A stretch of 64,000 nt of DNA from Demequina sp. (GCF_047975725.1 NZ_JBKEED010000036.1:62790-126789), one strand, 5' to 3'. Numbered from the stretch's first letter, positions 48,791-59,375 are shown. The notes: generated by a model from the letters alone, not told the origin. Numbers and translations are program-made.

Positions 48791-49342
48791 CTAACTCTCT
48801 TTCTCTTCTGACAAACTCTGGAGGGCCGACCACCGGGGGTCGATCACATCATGGGCGTGGTCCGGGTCTTCCGCGAGTCTGGCGCCACATTGGTCGCACA
48901 GCCCCGGGCAGTCCGGGCGGCATAGCGGGGTGAACGGCAGTTGTGTAACCACCGCATCCCGCACCACCTCTTCAAGATCCACGGTCTCCCCGTCAAACTC
49001 GAAGACGTCCTCTGATTCTTCGTCCTCGTCTCCCATCTGAGAGTCGTTGAACGCAAACAGTCCCTGGACGCGGGTGTCGACATGCTGTCGCACCTCGTCC
49101 AGGCATCGTCCGCACTCGCCGACGGCCTCAGCCGAGACGGTTCCGGAGACCCAGATGCCTTCGGACAAGGACTCGAGACTCACATCGAGACTCAACTCTT
49201 CGCCCTGAGGCACACCGATCACGTCGGTGCCGAGGACCGCGGGGGCCGGAAAGACTTCACTCACCGTTCGCTGTGTGCCTGGACGGCGCACGATATCCCT
49301 GACGGGAATACGAAACGGCGAGGGTTCGGGACGCTGCGGCAT
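48791..49342 (-). CDS. YceD (DUF177) family protein
   Basis: [28 protein letters not shown]; upstream of rpmF. Confidence 0.93.
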   Translation of the reverse strand: MPQRPEPSPFRIPVRDIVRRPGTQRTVSEVFPAPAVLGTDVIGVPQGEELSLDVSLESLSEGIWVSGTVSAEAVGECGRCLDEVRQHVDTRVQGLFAFNDSQMGDEDEESEDVFEFDGETVDLEEVVRDAVVTQLPFTPLCRPDCPGLCDQCGARLAEDPDHAHDVIDPRWSALQSLSEEKES

Positions 49343-49436
49343 TCGCGACTCCCTTTCCTTCCGGTCCTCCTGGACCCCAGCCCGTGCTCGATCGGCAGGA
49401 CCGACGCAATAGTCTACGTGATCGGGCAGGGTGGTC

Positions 49437-49928
49437 TCAACCTGCGGCGCTTCCGCCCGACAGTGCGGCTGCCACCGCATCGGCTACCCCATCGGGAACG
49501 TACGCCGAAACGTCGCCGCCATGGCGCGCGACGTCTCTCACGAGTGACGATGCGATGTGGCTCAGGGCGTTGTCTCCGGTGACGAAGACGGTCTCGATCC
49601 CGGTCAACGACCGGTTCATGAGCGCCATGGGCCGCTCGTAATCGTAGTCGGCGCCGCCGCGCAGTCCCTTCACGATGACGCCAGCCCCGCGCCGGGAGCA
49701 GAAGTCCACCAGCAGCCCGTCGACCACCTCGACGCTCACGCCGTCGATGTCGGCGGTCGCTGCGCGGGCCAGCGCCACGCGCTCCTCGAGCCCCAGCAGC
49801 GGCGTCTTGGTCGAGTTGTGAGCGACACCCACGATCACGCCGTCGAACAGGCTCGCTGCGCGCCGAGCAATGTCGAGGTGCCCCAGCGTGATGGGGTCGA
49901 AGCTGCCTGGCAGCACGGCGATGGTCAT
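49437..49928 (-). CDS. coaD: Phosphopantetheine adenylyltransferase
   Basis: PGSFDPITLGH, KGLR, ASSLVR. Confidence 0.96.
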   Translation of the reverse strand: MTIAVLPGSFDPITLGHLDIARRAASLFDGVIVGVAHNSTKTPLLGLEERVALARAATADIDGVSVEVVDGLLVDFCSRRGAGVIVKGLRGGADYDYERPMALMNRSLTGIETVFVTGDNALSHIASSLVRDVARHGGDVSAYVPDGVADAVAAALSGGSAAG

Positions 49929-50530
49929 GGTGCGACGCTACCGGACTGGCCGTCCTCGGTCTCGGTGCCTTCTTGGTCAGCGCCGATGCGCTCGGCCCAA
50001 TGCAGCCGTGTCTCGCCGTAGTCCTTGGACCGCAGCGGCTCGATGCCCTCTGGCCATGGCGCGTCGCCTGCCCGCGAGGACCACTCAAGGACGACGGGCG
50101 CGCCGGGTGCCAGGCGCGGCTCCACGACCGCCAGCACTGCGGCGAGGTCGTCGCGCGCGATGTCGTAGGGCGGGTCGAGGAACGCCACGTCCCAGGTATC
50201 GGTGGCTCGCGACAAGTAGCTCAGCGCTTTCTCGCGGACCAGGCGCGCGCGGGCACCGACGCCCAAGTCCTTGACGTTGCCTTGGAGCACGCGCGCCGCC
50301 TGCGAGCCTGACTCGACGAAGGTCGCGTGTGCGGCACCCCGGCTGAGGGCCTCGAAGCCCAGCGCGCCCGAGCCCGCGTAGACGTCCAGCACCCGCGCCG
50401 CCCTCAGCGAGTCGTCGTGGTCCAGACGGCTAAACAGCGCCTCGCGGACGCGATCGGTGGTGGGTCTGGTGCCCTTGGGAGGGACGGCAATGCGGCGTCC
50501 GCCCAGGTCTCCGGCGATGATGCGTGTCAC
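49925..50530 (-). CDS. rsmD: 16S rRNA m2G966 methyltransferase
   Basis: RIIAG, RPTTDRVREALF, YAGSGALGFEALSRGA, DPPY. Confidence 0.95.
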   Translation of the reverse strand: MTRIIAGDLGGRRIAVPPKGTRPTTDRVREALFSRLDHDDSLRAARVLDVYAGSGALGFEALSRGAAHATFVESGSQAARVLQGNVKDLGVGARARLVREKALSYLSRATDTWDVAFLDPPYDIARDDLAAVLAVVEPRLAPGAPVVLEWSSRAGDAPWPEGIEPLRSKDYGETRLHWAERIGADQEGTETEDGQSGSVAP

Positions 50531-50549
50531 ATCGCCACTGTACGCACCG

Positions 50550-51518
50550 CTAGGGGGTGGCCGATGCGCGAGGAGTGGCGCTCGACTGTGGGCTGGGGGT
50601 CGTGGCTGGGGTGGGCGCAGGAGCAGGGCTCGCCTCGGGTGTGACCTCGGGCGTGGACCCCGGCGTGGGCGCCGCGAGGTAGCCGTGGGCACACACCGTC
50701 ACGGTTGCCGAGTCATCGCCTTGCAGGGCCATCCCGACGTTGCTCTCGACGTGGTACATGGTCCCCCCGAGCGCCGTCACCGTGTAGTTGTAGCCGCTGC
50801 CCGGATCGGGTTCGAACGAGACGTGGGTATACGTCAGTCCGGCATCGACGAGCACGTCGATCATCGCCTGCACATCGACATCCCGTTCCCAGCCGTAATA
50901 GAACGGGTACTCAAGTTCGTCGACCTTGCCTTGGACAGTCATGGTCGAGCACACCTGGGTGCCATCACGGGTGGGTTCAGTAATCGTGACGCCGTAGAAC
51001 TCGTCGGGCACGGGAGCGGGGCCGGGAGCGCTGTATTCGCAGATCGTCACGAGCGCCTCCTGGCCTGCGACGATGGGCGTGTTGTTGCTCACCGGGTCAA
51101 AGGGCGCACCCGGGTTGGAGTTGCCCACAATCTCGAACTCGTCCGCGCCCACATTGTCCTTGACGCCACCGCTGTTGACCTGGACCTCAGAGGCGGCGAC
51201 CCCGTTCCACGGCGCGACGGTGGTGTCCACGTGCAGGCGCCAGTCGACCTCGACGCTCGAGTTGGTCTGCACATGCACGACCCCACATTCCTGCGTGGGC
51301 CCACTGATGTCCCACTCCACGTCCACGATGATGGTGCCGTCGTTGCCGGGCTCGATCCCTCCCCCGCCGCCGGTGCCGCCGCCGTCCCAACGGCCCGCCG
51401 TCGCGCGAGCACTGAACCACGCCTCATCTGCCCAGTTGGCGCCCGTGACCGTGGGAGCGAACAGCAGCGCGACAAGGCCCGCCGCGAATGCTGCCAGTGC
51501 CCACCGCGCCCGCGTCAT
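50550..51518 (-). CDS. Secreted Cys-containing protein with SipW-class-like signal peptide
   Basis: MTRARW, hydrophobic stretch, TGA-NWAD; Gly linker; Pro/Thr-rich tail; ATGA overlap with upstream gene. Confidence 0.7.
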   Translation of the reverse strand: MTRARWALAAFAAGLVALLFAPTVTGANWADEAWFSARATAGRWDGGGTGGGGGIEPGNDGTIIVDVEWDISGPTQECGVVHVQTNSSVEVDWRLHVDTTVAPWNGVAASEVQVNSGGVKDNVGADEFEIVGNSNPGAPFDPVSNNTPIVAGQEALVTICEYSAPGPAPVPDEFYGVTITEPTRDGTQVCSTMTVQGKVDELEYPFYYGWERDVDVQAMIDVLVDAGLTYTHVSFEPDPGSGYNYTVTALGGTMYHVESNVGMALQGDDSATVTVCAHGYLAAPTPGSTPEVTPEASPAPAPTPATTPSPQSSATPRASATP

Positions 51519-52054
51519 GAGGCACTCCGTCCTCGCGATGCCGTCACGACGGCCGCCGTCCCGGCGAGCAAGGCGCCTGCCGCGAGCGCCACGACCAGGG
51601 CAGGAATGGCGACACCCGTCATGGGAAGCGTCGTGCCCTCGTCCCCATACAGCTCCACCACTCCGAGCGCGTACCCGTCGCCGAGGGTGTCCGTCACCAG
51701 GGTGCCCGTCACGATGAAGTCGTAGGTCCCTGCGGGAACGGCCTGCCCCGTCTGGGGCGGCGCGACGTCGATGCACGATCCGGCCTCGCACATCTCGATG
51801 GTCCACTCGATGTCGGTCGCGATGCCCTCCAACTGCACCCACTCCGACCGCACCACCGTGGCATCAACAGGCACCTCGACCACGATGGACTCGGTCACCG
51901 GAGTGTCCGGCACCAGGGAGCCGAGGTCGATGTCGACCTCGATGGGAGTGGCAGCCCGCGTAGGCGAGCTGTTCGTGGCGAGGATGAACGCCGCACCCGA
52001 GAGCAGCAGCATCGCGGCGAGCATCGCGGGGACGGTACGCCTGGTCCTTGTCAT
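51515..52054 (-). CDS. Small LPXTG cell-wall-anchored protein
   Basis: Signal peptide; LPMTG plus hydrophobic segment plus RGR tail. Confidence 0.75.
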   Translation of the reverse strand: MTRTRRTVPAMLAAMLLLSGAAFILATNSSPTRAATPIEVDIDLGSLVPDTPVTESIVVEVPVDATVVRSEWVQLEGIATDIEWTIEMCEAGSCIDVAPPQTGQAVPAGTYDFIVTGTLVTDTLGDGYALGVVELYGDEGTTLPMTGVAIPALVVALAAGALLAGTAAVVTASRGRSAS

Positions 52055-52626
52055 GACACACCACCCCCGGTCGTGCTCTGTGCCGCCGGCGAGTCCTCCC
52101 GGACCGCATCGTCCTCGGGCTCGGGCCGCTCGTCGCGCAGGAGCGACAGCCCCAGCAGCGCCGCCAACGCGATCAACGCGGGAATGATGACCTGGGGCCG
52201 TCCCAGCCTGGCGACTGCCTCCCCCACGCCCTCGAAGGTCGACTGTGGCTTCCACACGTCACCTTCGACCACGTACGGCAAAGGGTCTGACGCGCCGTTG
52301 GCGTCACCGCGCATGATGATGCTCCGTGCGTCGCCGTGGGACCCCACAGGCTCCACGGACTCCACCCGGTGCGTCACGTAGCCGCCCGTGAGGTCGGACT
52401 CGAGCGTGAGGACATCACCCACGACCACGTCGTCCACCGCGATGGGCGTGGCGATCAGGAGGGCACCCGTGCCGATCGTCGGCTCCATCGACCCGGACGT
52501 GACGATCAGCGGCTTGATCCAGCCTGCCGCCGTCGCCACCCAGATGGCGCACGTCAGCACGCCGAGGGCTGCGGCCACCCACAGGGCCACAGAGCCGACG
52601 GCGCGAAGGACGCGCGTCACGGTCAC
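52051..52626 (-). CDS. Signal peptidase I, SipW/archaeal (S26B) type
   Basis: VTSGSMEP, VGDV, VTHRV (Ser-His dyad), RGDAN...D. Confidence 0.9.
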   Translation of the reverse strand: MTVTRVLRAVGSVALWVAAALGVLTCAIWVATAAGWIKPLIVTSGSMEPTIGTGALLIATPIAVDDVVVGDVLTLESDLTGGYVTHRVESVEPVGSHGDARSIIMRGDANGASDPLPYVVEGDVWKPQSTFEGVGEAVARLGRPQVIIPALIALAALLGLSLLRDERPEPEDDAVREDSPAAQSTTGGGVS

Positions 52627-52644
52627 GGAAGGATCAGACGGAGG

Positions 52645-53187
52645 TCAGCTGGCGGTGCCCGTCACCTGCACGGTGATGGTGCCCGTGGTGCCTTGGTAGC
52701 TGAGCGGCCAGTCCGCAGAGGTCTCGACGGTCACGTTGAACGTCACCTGCTCATCCGGCGTGAGAACGGTGCCGGTCAACGCAGGCGACACCACTACGGT
52801 GGCCCCGTCGGTGCCCTCGAAGATGGCTCCCGTGTCGGACGCATTGGGGCCAGCAAGAGTGATGTCCGACGTCCCAGCGTTCTTGAGATACAGCGTCGTG
52901 GTGTGGGAGTAGTCGGGTCCGATGCCAGCAAACTCGGTGGCCGGGATCACGATGGCGACATCATCGTCGGGGTCGTCGGGTACCGGGTCGACGCCGACGT
53001 CGAGCCACGTCGAGCCATCCACGGAGCCTTGGAGATCGAAGGTGGCGGCCTCAGCCTCGGCGGTAAACCAGACGTCGTCGGTCCAGGCCGCAGCCGTCGC
53101 CGCAGCTCCGATGCCAAGGACCGCGATGCCTGCCAAGGAGAACTTCGCGAGGGTCGTGCGCTTGTGCGCGTTGGTAGGTGTGCTCAT
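52645..53187 (-). CDS. SipW-dependent-type signal peptide protein (TasA/camelysin-like candidate)
   Basis: LGIGAAATAA-AWTDDV N-terminus, LKNAGT, YQG near C-terminus, directly upstream of the SipW-type peptidase. Confidence 0.75.
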   Translation of the reverse strand: MSTPTNAHKRTTLAKFSLAGIAVLGIGAAATAAAWTDDVWFTAEAEAATFDLQGSVDGSTWLDVGVDPVPDDPDDDVAIVIPATEFAGIGPDYSHTTTLYLKNAGTSDITLAGPNASDTGAIFEGTDGATVVVSPALTGTVLTPDEQVTFNVTVETSADWPLSYQGTTGTITVQVTGTAS

Positions 53188-53359
53188 GGGGATTCGCCCT
53201 TCTGCCGGGGTCGCGTGGACGGCACACGACCATGTCCACGATAAGCACGATTTGCGCTGTTTGCGCAGGATGCGGCCCAATTGAGACGATCACCGTGGCC
53301 GATGCGGCGGTACAGACAGGCCGCCAGCGCGCCGCTACTGTGGCCCTCAGGGAGGACCC

Positions 53360-55201
53360 ATGAGCGAGCAGGTTCCCGGCGGCCAGGACATGACGCCGAG
53401 CGAGAACACCACCACCCCCGGGCGGAGCCGATCGTGGATTCCGACCACCCGGCGAGGGTGGTGGATCGCTGCCGGCGCAGCACTCGGCGTGCTCGCGCTG
53501 ATCATCGCGGGCACCTGGGCCCTCGCGCGAGCCACGGCACCGGAAGACCCGGCGGCCTCCCCCACACCGACCACCTCGGCGCCCGCAGGCGACGGAACGT
53601 GCACCGCACAGGTCATCGTCCGTTCGACGTGGGACGACGGGTACAACGCGGACGTCATCGTCGCCGCCGGTGACGGCGGCCTCACCTCATGGGACGTCGC
53701 GATTGACCTAGGTGAGTCGTCGGTGACGGAAACCTGGAACTCGACGCTCGCCACCGGCGCGACCGGCCTCGCCAGCGCGAGCAACGTGCAGTTCAACGGC
53801 ACCGTCGAACCAGGAGGCTCGGCGACGTTCGGCTTCAATGCCCAGGGCGAGCCCTCCACAGCCGGCGCTTCATGCTCGGGTGCGAGCGCATCGGCCGTCT
53901 CCCCTGAACCGACGGGCGAGGCAACGGCCGATGCTCCCCCGCCTTCAGCAGAGGTTCAAGACCCCTCGAACGCCCCAAGCGGTGACGACTGGCTCAGCGT
54001 CGAGGGCAACACGATCGTCGACGCCAACGGCAACGTGGTGTGGCTGACGGGCGCGAACTGGTTTGGCTTCAACACCTCCGAGCGGGTGTTCCACGGCCTG
54101 TGGCAGGTCAACCTTGAGGAGACCATCGCGTCGATTGCGGGCCGTGGCATCAACGTGCTGCGCGTTCCCATCTCGACGGAACTGCTGCTTGAGTGGCGCG
54201 CGGGCAACGCCCAAACCACGGGCAATGTCAACGCCGCCGCCAACCCGGACCTCGAGGGTGCCACCACCCTGGAGATCTTCGACGCCTTCCTCGTGTCCGC
54301 GAAGGCCCACGGCCTCAAGGTGATCCTCGACCTGCACTCGGCGCTCGCCGACAACGCGGGCCACATCACGCCCGTGTGGTACGCGGGTGACGTCAGCGCC
54401 GAGGACTTCTTTGTTGCCTGGGAATGGGTCGCGCAGCGCTACCGCGAAGACGACACCATCATCGGGTTTGACCTCAAGAACGAACCTCACGGCAAGGCGC
54501 CCGAGACGCCGCGCGCGACCTGGGGAGGCGGCGGCGAGAACGACTGGCAAGCGGTCGCCTCCGAGGCCGCCCAACGCATCCACGCGGTGCACCCCGACGC
54601 GCTGTTGCTGGTCGAGGGCATCGAGGCCACCCCCAAGTCCGGCCAGTCGTGGACATCGAACGACCCCGACGACTACGACATCACCTGGTGGGGCGGGAAT
54701 CTGCGCCTCGCGGGAGACCTCCCCGTCGAAGGCCCCGAGGACAAGATCCTGTACTCGCCTCACGACTATGGGCCGCTCGTGTACGACCAGCCGTGGTTCC
54801 AGGGCTCATTCTCCGCGGCGTCGCTCGAAGAAGACGTGTGGGGCCCGAACTGGCTGTACCTGCACGACGAGGGCATCTCGCCCCTACTCATCGGAGAGTG
54901 GGGCGGACGGCTGGGCCAAGACGACCGCCAGGACCAGTGGATGACGTATCTGCGCGACCTCATCGGCGACCGCCATCTGCACCACACGTTCTGGTGCATC
55001 AACCCCAACTCGGGAGACACGGGCGGTCTGCTGAACGACGACTGGACCACGTGGGACGAGACCAAGTACGCGCTCGTGCGCGAGGTGCTGTGGCAGGACG
55101 ACTCGGGCGCATTCGTCGGGCTCGACCACGAGGTCGCTCTCCCCAACGGCATCACCGTGACCGAGTACTACGCCAACGGCGGGGACGCGCCGACCGGCTG
55201 A
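53360..55201 (+). CDS. GH5 endoglucanase with N-terminal TM segment and CBM2
   Basis: CBM2-like WDDGY/WNS/FGF; GANWFG, KNEPH, YSPHDYG, IGEWGG, FWCINPNSGDTGG. Confidence 0.92.
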   Translation: MSEQVPGGQDMTPSENTTTPGRSRSWIPTTRRGWWIAAGAALGVLALIIAGTWALARATAPEDPAASPTPTTSAPAGDGTCTAQVIVRSTWDDGYNADVIVAAGDGGLTSWDVAIDLGESSVTETWNSTLATGATGLASASNVQFNGTVEPGGSATFGFNAQGEPSTAGASCSGASASAVSPEPTGEATADAPPPSAEVQDPSNAPSGDDWLSVEGNTIVDANGNVVWLTGANWFGFNTSERVFHGLWQVNLEETIASIAGRGINVLRVPISTELLLEWRAGNAQTTGNVNAAANPDLEGATTLEIFDAFLVSAKAHGLKVILDLHSALADNAGHITPVWYAGDVSAEDFFVAWEWVAQRYREDDTIIGFDLKNEPHGKAPETPRATWGGGGENDWQAVASEAAQRIHAVHPDALLLVEGIEATPKSGQSWTSNDPDDYDITWWGGNLRLAGDLPVEGPEDKILYSPHDYGPLVYDQPWFQGSFSAASLEEDVWGPNWLYLHDEGISPLLIGEWGGRLGQDDRQDQWMTYLRDLIGDRHLHHTFWCINPNSGDTGGLLNDDWTTWDETKYALVREVLWQDDSGAFVGLDHEVALPNGITVTEYYANGGDAPTG

Positions 55202-55213
55202 CCCCACCGCGCG

Positions 55214-57436
55214 CTAGCCCCGCTCGAGGAACTCCTCGCGCTCGCCGCCCAGCCAGCTGTCGATGGCCGATGCGAGGGCCGGGTACGCGGCCAGGTCCGG
55301 GTCACGCGCGACCAGTTCTCGCGCGTGCTCGCGCGCCTGCTCGATGAGCGCCGCATCGCGCACCACCCGCAACAGCCGCAAGGAGTTGCGCCCGCCCGAC
55401 TGCGCGGCGCCCAGCACGTCACCTTCACGTCTGAGCTCGAGGTCCTTCTCCGCGAGCACGAACCCGTCGGTGGTGGCCGCGAGCGCGTCCAGTCGTTCCC
55501 GAGACACCGTGCCCGGCTCGGCGCGGGACACCAGCAGACACACGCTCGCGAGCGTGCCGCGCCCCACTCGTCCGCGCAACTGGTGCAACTGCGAGATGCC
55601 GAACCGTTCGGCGTCCAGCACCACCATCATGGTCGCGGCGGGCACGTCGACGCCCACCTCGATCACGGTGGTCGACACGAGCACGGGCGCCTCTCCTGAG
55701 GCGAAGGCCGCCATCGCCGCATCCTTGTCCTCCGCACTCAGGCGGCCATGCATCAGGCCGATGCGCACGCTGGCGAGTTCGGCGCGCTCGGCGAGCATCG
55801 CGGCTGTCTGGGTCACGGAGGCCAGCGGTGGGCGCTGCGCGGCGGGCTCGTCCGGTTCGTCGGCGGCGGCCTCGAGCGTCTCGGGATCGACCTCATCGTC
55901 GGCGTCAATGCGCGGGCACACCACGTAGACGCGACGGCCAGCGTTGACCTCCTCGCGCACGCGCGCCCACGTGCGATCGAGCCACGCCTGGTTGTCCGCG
56001 GGCACCACGTGGGTGGCCACTTCCGCGCGTCCCGCGGGCTTGTCCGTCAGCAGCGACGTCTCGAGGTCGCCAAACACCGTCATCGCCACGGTGCGCGGGA
56101 TGGGCGTGGCAGTCATGACGAGCGTGTGCGGTGGATGCTCGGAGCGCGAACGCAGCGCGTCTCGCTGCTCGACGCCAAAGCGGTGCTGCTCGTCCACCAC
56201 CACCAGGCCAAGGTCGGCAAACTGCACCGTCTCGCTCAGCAGCGCATGGGTGCCCACGACAATGCCTGCGGCGCCCGAGGCCGCATCGGCCAGCGCCTGC
56301 CGCCGCGCGCCCGTGCTCTGTGACCCAGTCAGCAGGGTCAGGCGCGTCCCGTGCGGGTCGCCGCCCAGCATCCCTCCGAACGCGAGCGGGCCCATGAGCT
56401 GCTCGAGGGTGCGCAGGTGCTGGGCAGCAAGCACCTCCGTGGGCGCCAGCAGTGCCGCCTGGCCCCCGGAATCCACGACCTGTGCCATCGCACGCAACGC
56501 GACCACGGTCTTGCCCGCTCCCACGTCGCCCTGCAGGAGTCGCAGCATGGGAGTGGTGGCGGCGAGGTCCTTCGCGATCTGCTCGCCCACCTCGACCTGT
56601 GCGGCCGTCAAGGGAAACGGCAGGCGCGCGTCGAGCGCCTGCACCAAACCGTCGGAGACTCCCTGCCGCGGCACCGCTGCGAGTGCTTCGCGGGCGGCGC
56701 GCCGCCGGGCCAGCGCGGTCTGCAACACGAGCGCCTCTTCGAACCGCAGGCGGTCTTGCCCGCGCCGCCAGTCCGCATCCACGTCGGGAACGTGGACGGC
56801 GCGCAGTGCCTCGAGCAGGCTCGGTAGTCCCCGCTGCTCACGGATCGCGGCGGGCAAGGGGTCGGGCACATCGGCTTCAGTGAGCGGGTCGAGCACCATC
56901 CGTACCGACCGGCCGATGCGCCACGTGGGCACCGAGGCCACGGCCGGGTAGATCGGGATGGGCCGGGAGGCTTCGAGTACCGCCTCGTCCTCGTCCGCCG
57001 CGTCCACTCCCACGATGAGGTAGTCGGGGTGGGTGAGTTGGCGCCGCCCGCGGTACTCGCCCACGGTGCCGGTAAACAGTCCCGTGCGGCCCGCGGCGAG
57101 CTTGCTTTCGTGCATGCGCAGCACGCCCGCGCGCTTGGCGAAAAAGGTCAGTTGCAGGCTGTCGCGCCCGTCGGTCACGACGGCCTCAAGCATCGCGCCG
57201 CCGCGCGAGCGCATGGTGCGCACTGTGACGGAGCGCACCTGTGCCATCACCGTCACGTGCTCGCCCAGCGCAAGCGCGCCGATGGGGGTCATCTCCCCCG
57301 GCGAGCCGTAGCGGCGCGGATAGTGCCGCAGCAGGTCCTCGACGGTGTCCAACCCGAGCTTGCCCAGCCCGGTCGCGGTGCGCGCTCCAAGAACCTTGCT
57401 CAGCGGTTCCGCGAGCCGCGGTGCGGGCGTGTTCAC
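55214..57436 (-). CDS. recG: ATP-dependent DNA helicase RecG
   Basis: LLRHYPRRY, QGDVGAGKT, DEQHRFG, TATPIPRT, HQLRGRVGR. Confidence 0.96.
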   Translation of the reverse strand: MNTPAPRLAEPLSKVLGARTATGLGKLGLDTVEDLLRHYPRRYGSPGEMTPIGALALGEHVTVMAQVRSVTVRTMRSRGGAMLEAVVTDGRDSLQLTFFAKRAGVLRMHESKLAAGRTGLFTGTVGEYRGRRQLTHPDYLIVGVDAADEDEAVLEASRPIPIYPAVASVPTWRIGRSVRMVLDPLTEADVPDPLPAAIREQRGLPSLLEALRAVHVPDVDADWRRGQDRLRFEEALVLQTALARRRAAREALAAVPRQGVSDGLVQALDARLPFPLTAAQVEVGEQIAKDLAATTPMLRLLQGDVGAGKTVVALRAMAQVVDSGGQAALLAPTEVLAAQHLRTLEQLMGPLAFGGMLGGDPHGTRLTLLTGSQSTGARRQALADAASGAAGIVVGTHALLSETVQFADLGLVVVDEQHRFGVEQRDALRSRSEHPPHTLVMTATPIPRTVAMTVFGDLETSLLTDKPAGRAEVATHVVPADNQAWLDRTWARVREEVNAGRRVYVVCPRIDADDEVDPETLEAAADEPDEPAAQRPPLASVTQTAAMLAERAELASVRIGLMHGRLSAEDKDAAMAAFASGEAPVLVSTTVIEVGVDVPAATMMVVLDAERFGISQLHQLRGRVGRGTLASVCLLVSRAEPGTVSRERLDALAATTDGFVLAEKDLELRREGDVLGAAQSGGRNSLRLLRVVRDAALIEQAREHARELVARDPDLAAYPALASAIDSWLGGEREEFLERG

Positions 57437-58944
57437 TCTGCCCGCTCGACGCCGATCAGCACGGCGGGCTCGGCCTGTCCACCCCGGTACACGTTGACGT
57501 CCGCAAGTGGAGCGGTTCCGTGCACCGACAGCCGCACCGCGTCGGCCACGGACTCGGGCACGCCCGCCGCGAGCACCAGCGTCACAATCTCCGTGCGCCC
57601 GTCGATCATGCGGTCGACGTCCTCGTCGAGGGCATCGCCGCTCGACTCCGCGACGAGCGTCGCGGCCACGGCATCCGCCATCTCGGTTGCGAGGTCCTGA
57701 CCGGGCGTCACCAGGGTTGCTGCGGCGACGGCCACGATCACGTGGGCCTCGTGCTGGGCGTCGAGCACCGTCAGCACGGGCTTGCGGCGCTTGCGCGCCA
57801 GTTCGAGCGCCGCGGCACGCAGCGCTGGGTGGCCGGCCACCACGACGGCCGCGACCCCCGAGGCGTCCTTGACCGCCCGGCGCAGCGCACGGCGCTTGAG
57901 CAGGGTGGGATCGGGCACGACGAGCACGACCGCGCCAGCCTCGGCCAACGGCTCCGCCATGCCAGGGCACGACGTCAGCGCGACCACTCCCGTGGAGCCG
58001 CGGTCCGCCTCGTGGCCCATGAGGACGTTGCGCACAAAGATCTGCTGGGCCTGGTGCGCGATCGCGTGCTCGACCGCGAGGTGGGGCTCATCGGTGTGGA
58101 CGTGTGCCTGCCACAACCCGTGAGTTCCGGTGACGGCCACGGACGTGCCGATGCTCTCAAGGTTCGCGGTGAGCGTCTCGCGCAGGTCCTCGTCGGAGGC
58201 GAGCACGAACATCACCTCAAACGCCCCGCCGTCGTCATGGGAGTGATCGTGGTCGTGTACGCCCACTGCGTGACGGACGCGATCTTCCACCTCCCACTCG
58301 ACCTCATCCAGGGCCGCCAGCGCCTGTGGCCCGGCCAGGGTCTCGGCGAGCATCTCCAACTGCAGCACGAGCCCTGCGGCTCCCGCATCGACCACCCCAG
58401 CGGCCCTCGCGGAAGGCAACTGCTCGTGTGTCAGCGCCAGTGCCGCACGCGCGGCAACGACGGCAGCCACAGCGGTCGCCTCTTTGCCCGCCTTGGCCAC
58501 CACCGCATCGGCCGCACCCTTGGCCGCGGCGCGTGCCACGGTGAGGATGGTGCCCTCCACAGGCGAGCCCACGGCACGGTAGGCGGCATCGGCCGCCAGG
58601 TCGAGCGCCCTCGCAATGCCCTTGGCGTCGACCTTGCTCAGGCCCCCGCGGGTGTCGATCGCGGACAAAAAGGCGGTGAGGTACTGGCTCACGATCACGC
58701 CCGAGTTGCCTCTTGCGCCCATGAGCGCCCCGCGGGCGAACGCGGCGACCACTTCGCGATGCGTCGCCTCCGGCCCCAGCTTCGCAACGGACCGGTTGCC
58801 TTCCTGAAGGGTGAGATAGATGTTGGTGCCCGTGTCAGAGTCGGGCACGGGGAAGACGTTGATGGCGTCCAGCCGGCCGCGAGCGTGCTTGACTGCGCGC
58901 GCGCCGGCATCGAGCCAGCGTCGCAAGTCAGTCGTCTCGGCCAT
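57433..58944 (-). CDS. DAK2-domain protein (fatty acid kinase A-like)
   Basis: INVFPVPDSDTGTN, GARGNSG, EGTILTV, VVDAG, HVHT. Confidence 0.92.
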   Translation of the reverse strand: MAETTDLRRWLDAGARAVKHARGRLDAINVFPVPDSDTGTNIYLTLQEGNRSVAKLGPEATHREVVAAFARGALMGARGNSGVIVSQYLTAFLSAIDTRGGLSKVDAKGIARALDLAADAAYRAVGSPVEGTILTVARAAAKGAADAVVAKAGKEATAVAAVVAARAALALTHEQLPSARAAGVVDAGAAGLVLQLEMLAETLAGPQALAALDEVEWEVEDRVRHAVGVHDHDHSHDDGGAFEVMFVLASDEDLRETLTANLESIGTSVAVTGTHGLWQAHVHTDEPHLAVEHAIAHQAQQIFVRNVLMGHEADRGSTGVVALTSCPGMAEPLAEAGAVVLVVPDPTLLKRRALRRAVKDASGVAAVVVAGHPALRAAALELARKRRKPVLTVLDAQHEAHVIVAVAAATLVTPGQDLATEMADAVAATLVAESSGDALDEDVDRMIDGRTEIVTLVLAAGVPESVADAVRLSVHGTAPLADVNVYRGGQAEPAVLIGVERAE

Positions 58945-59167
58945 CGCTTCCTTCCATCACAGGGCAGCCAGGGCACGTGGTGAACTCAGGCCCCGCTCGC
59001 AGGTCTATCGTGGCATGAGGCACCCACACTCGCGTTCGCGCGGCGTGAGGGCCGTTTGCGGATGGTCCGCTCGTCGGATACCCTAGTGCGGTTGCCTGAC
59101 ACCAGGCTGTGATTCGTGGCGCCGCCCAATCGGGGCGATGCGCAGGTTGATTTTTAGGAGAACTATC

Positions 59168-59359
59168 GTGGCTGCCAACTGCGACGTCTGCGGCAAGGGA
59201 CCGTCCTTCGGTCACTCGATCTCGCACTCGCACCGCCGTACCAAGCGTCGCTGGAACCCCAACATCCAGCGTGTGCGCGCCGTCGTGGCGGGTACCCCCA
59301 AGCGTGTGAACGTGTGCACCTCCTGCCTCAAGGCGGGCAAGGTCCAGCGCGCCGTCTAA
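59168..59359 (+). CDS. rpmB: 50S ribosomal protein L28
   Basis: [36 protein letters not shown]. Confidence 0.97.
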   Translation: MAANCDVCGKGPSFGHSISHSHRRTKRRWNPNIQRVRAVVAGTPKRVNVCTSCLKAGKVQRAV

Positions 59360-59375
59360 TTCGGCGCATCGCGGC

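Noticed and set aside
57437..57970. N-terminal extension of RecG in the ORF track
   Set aside because: Overlaps the DAK2 gene in another frame; GTG at 57436 gives a normal 4-nt overlap
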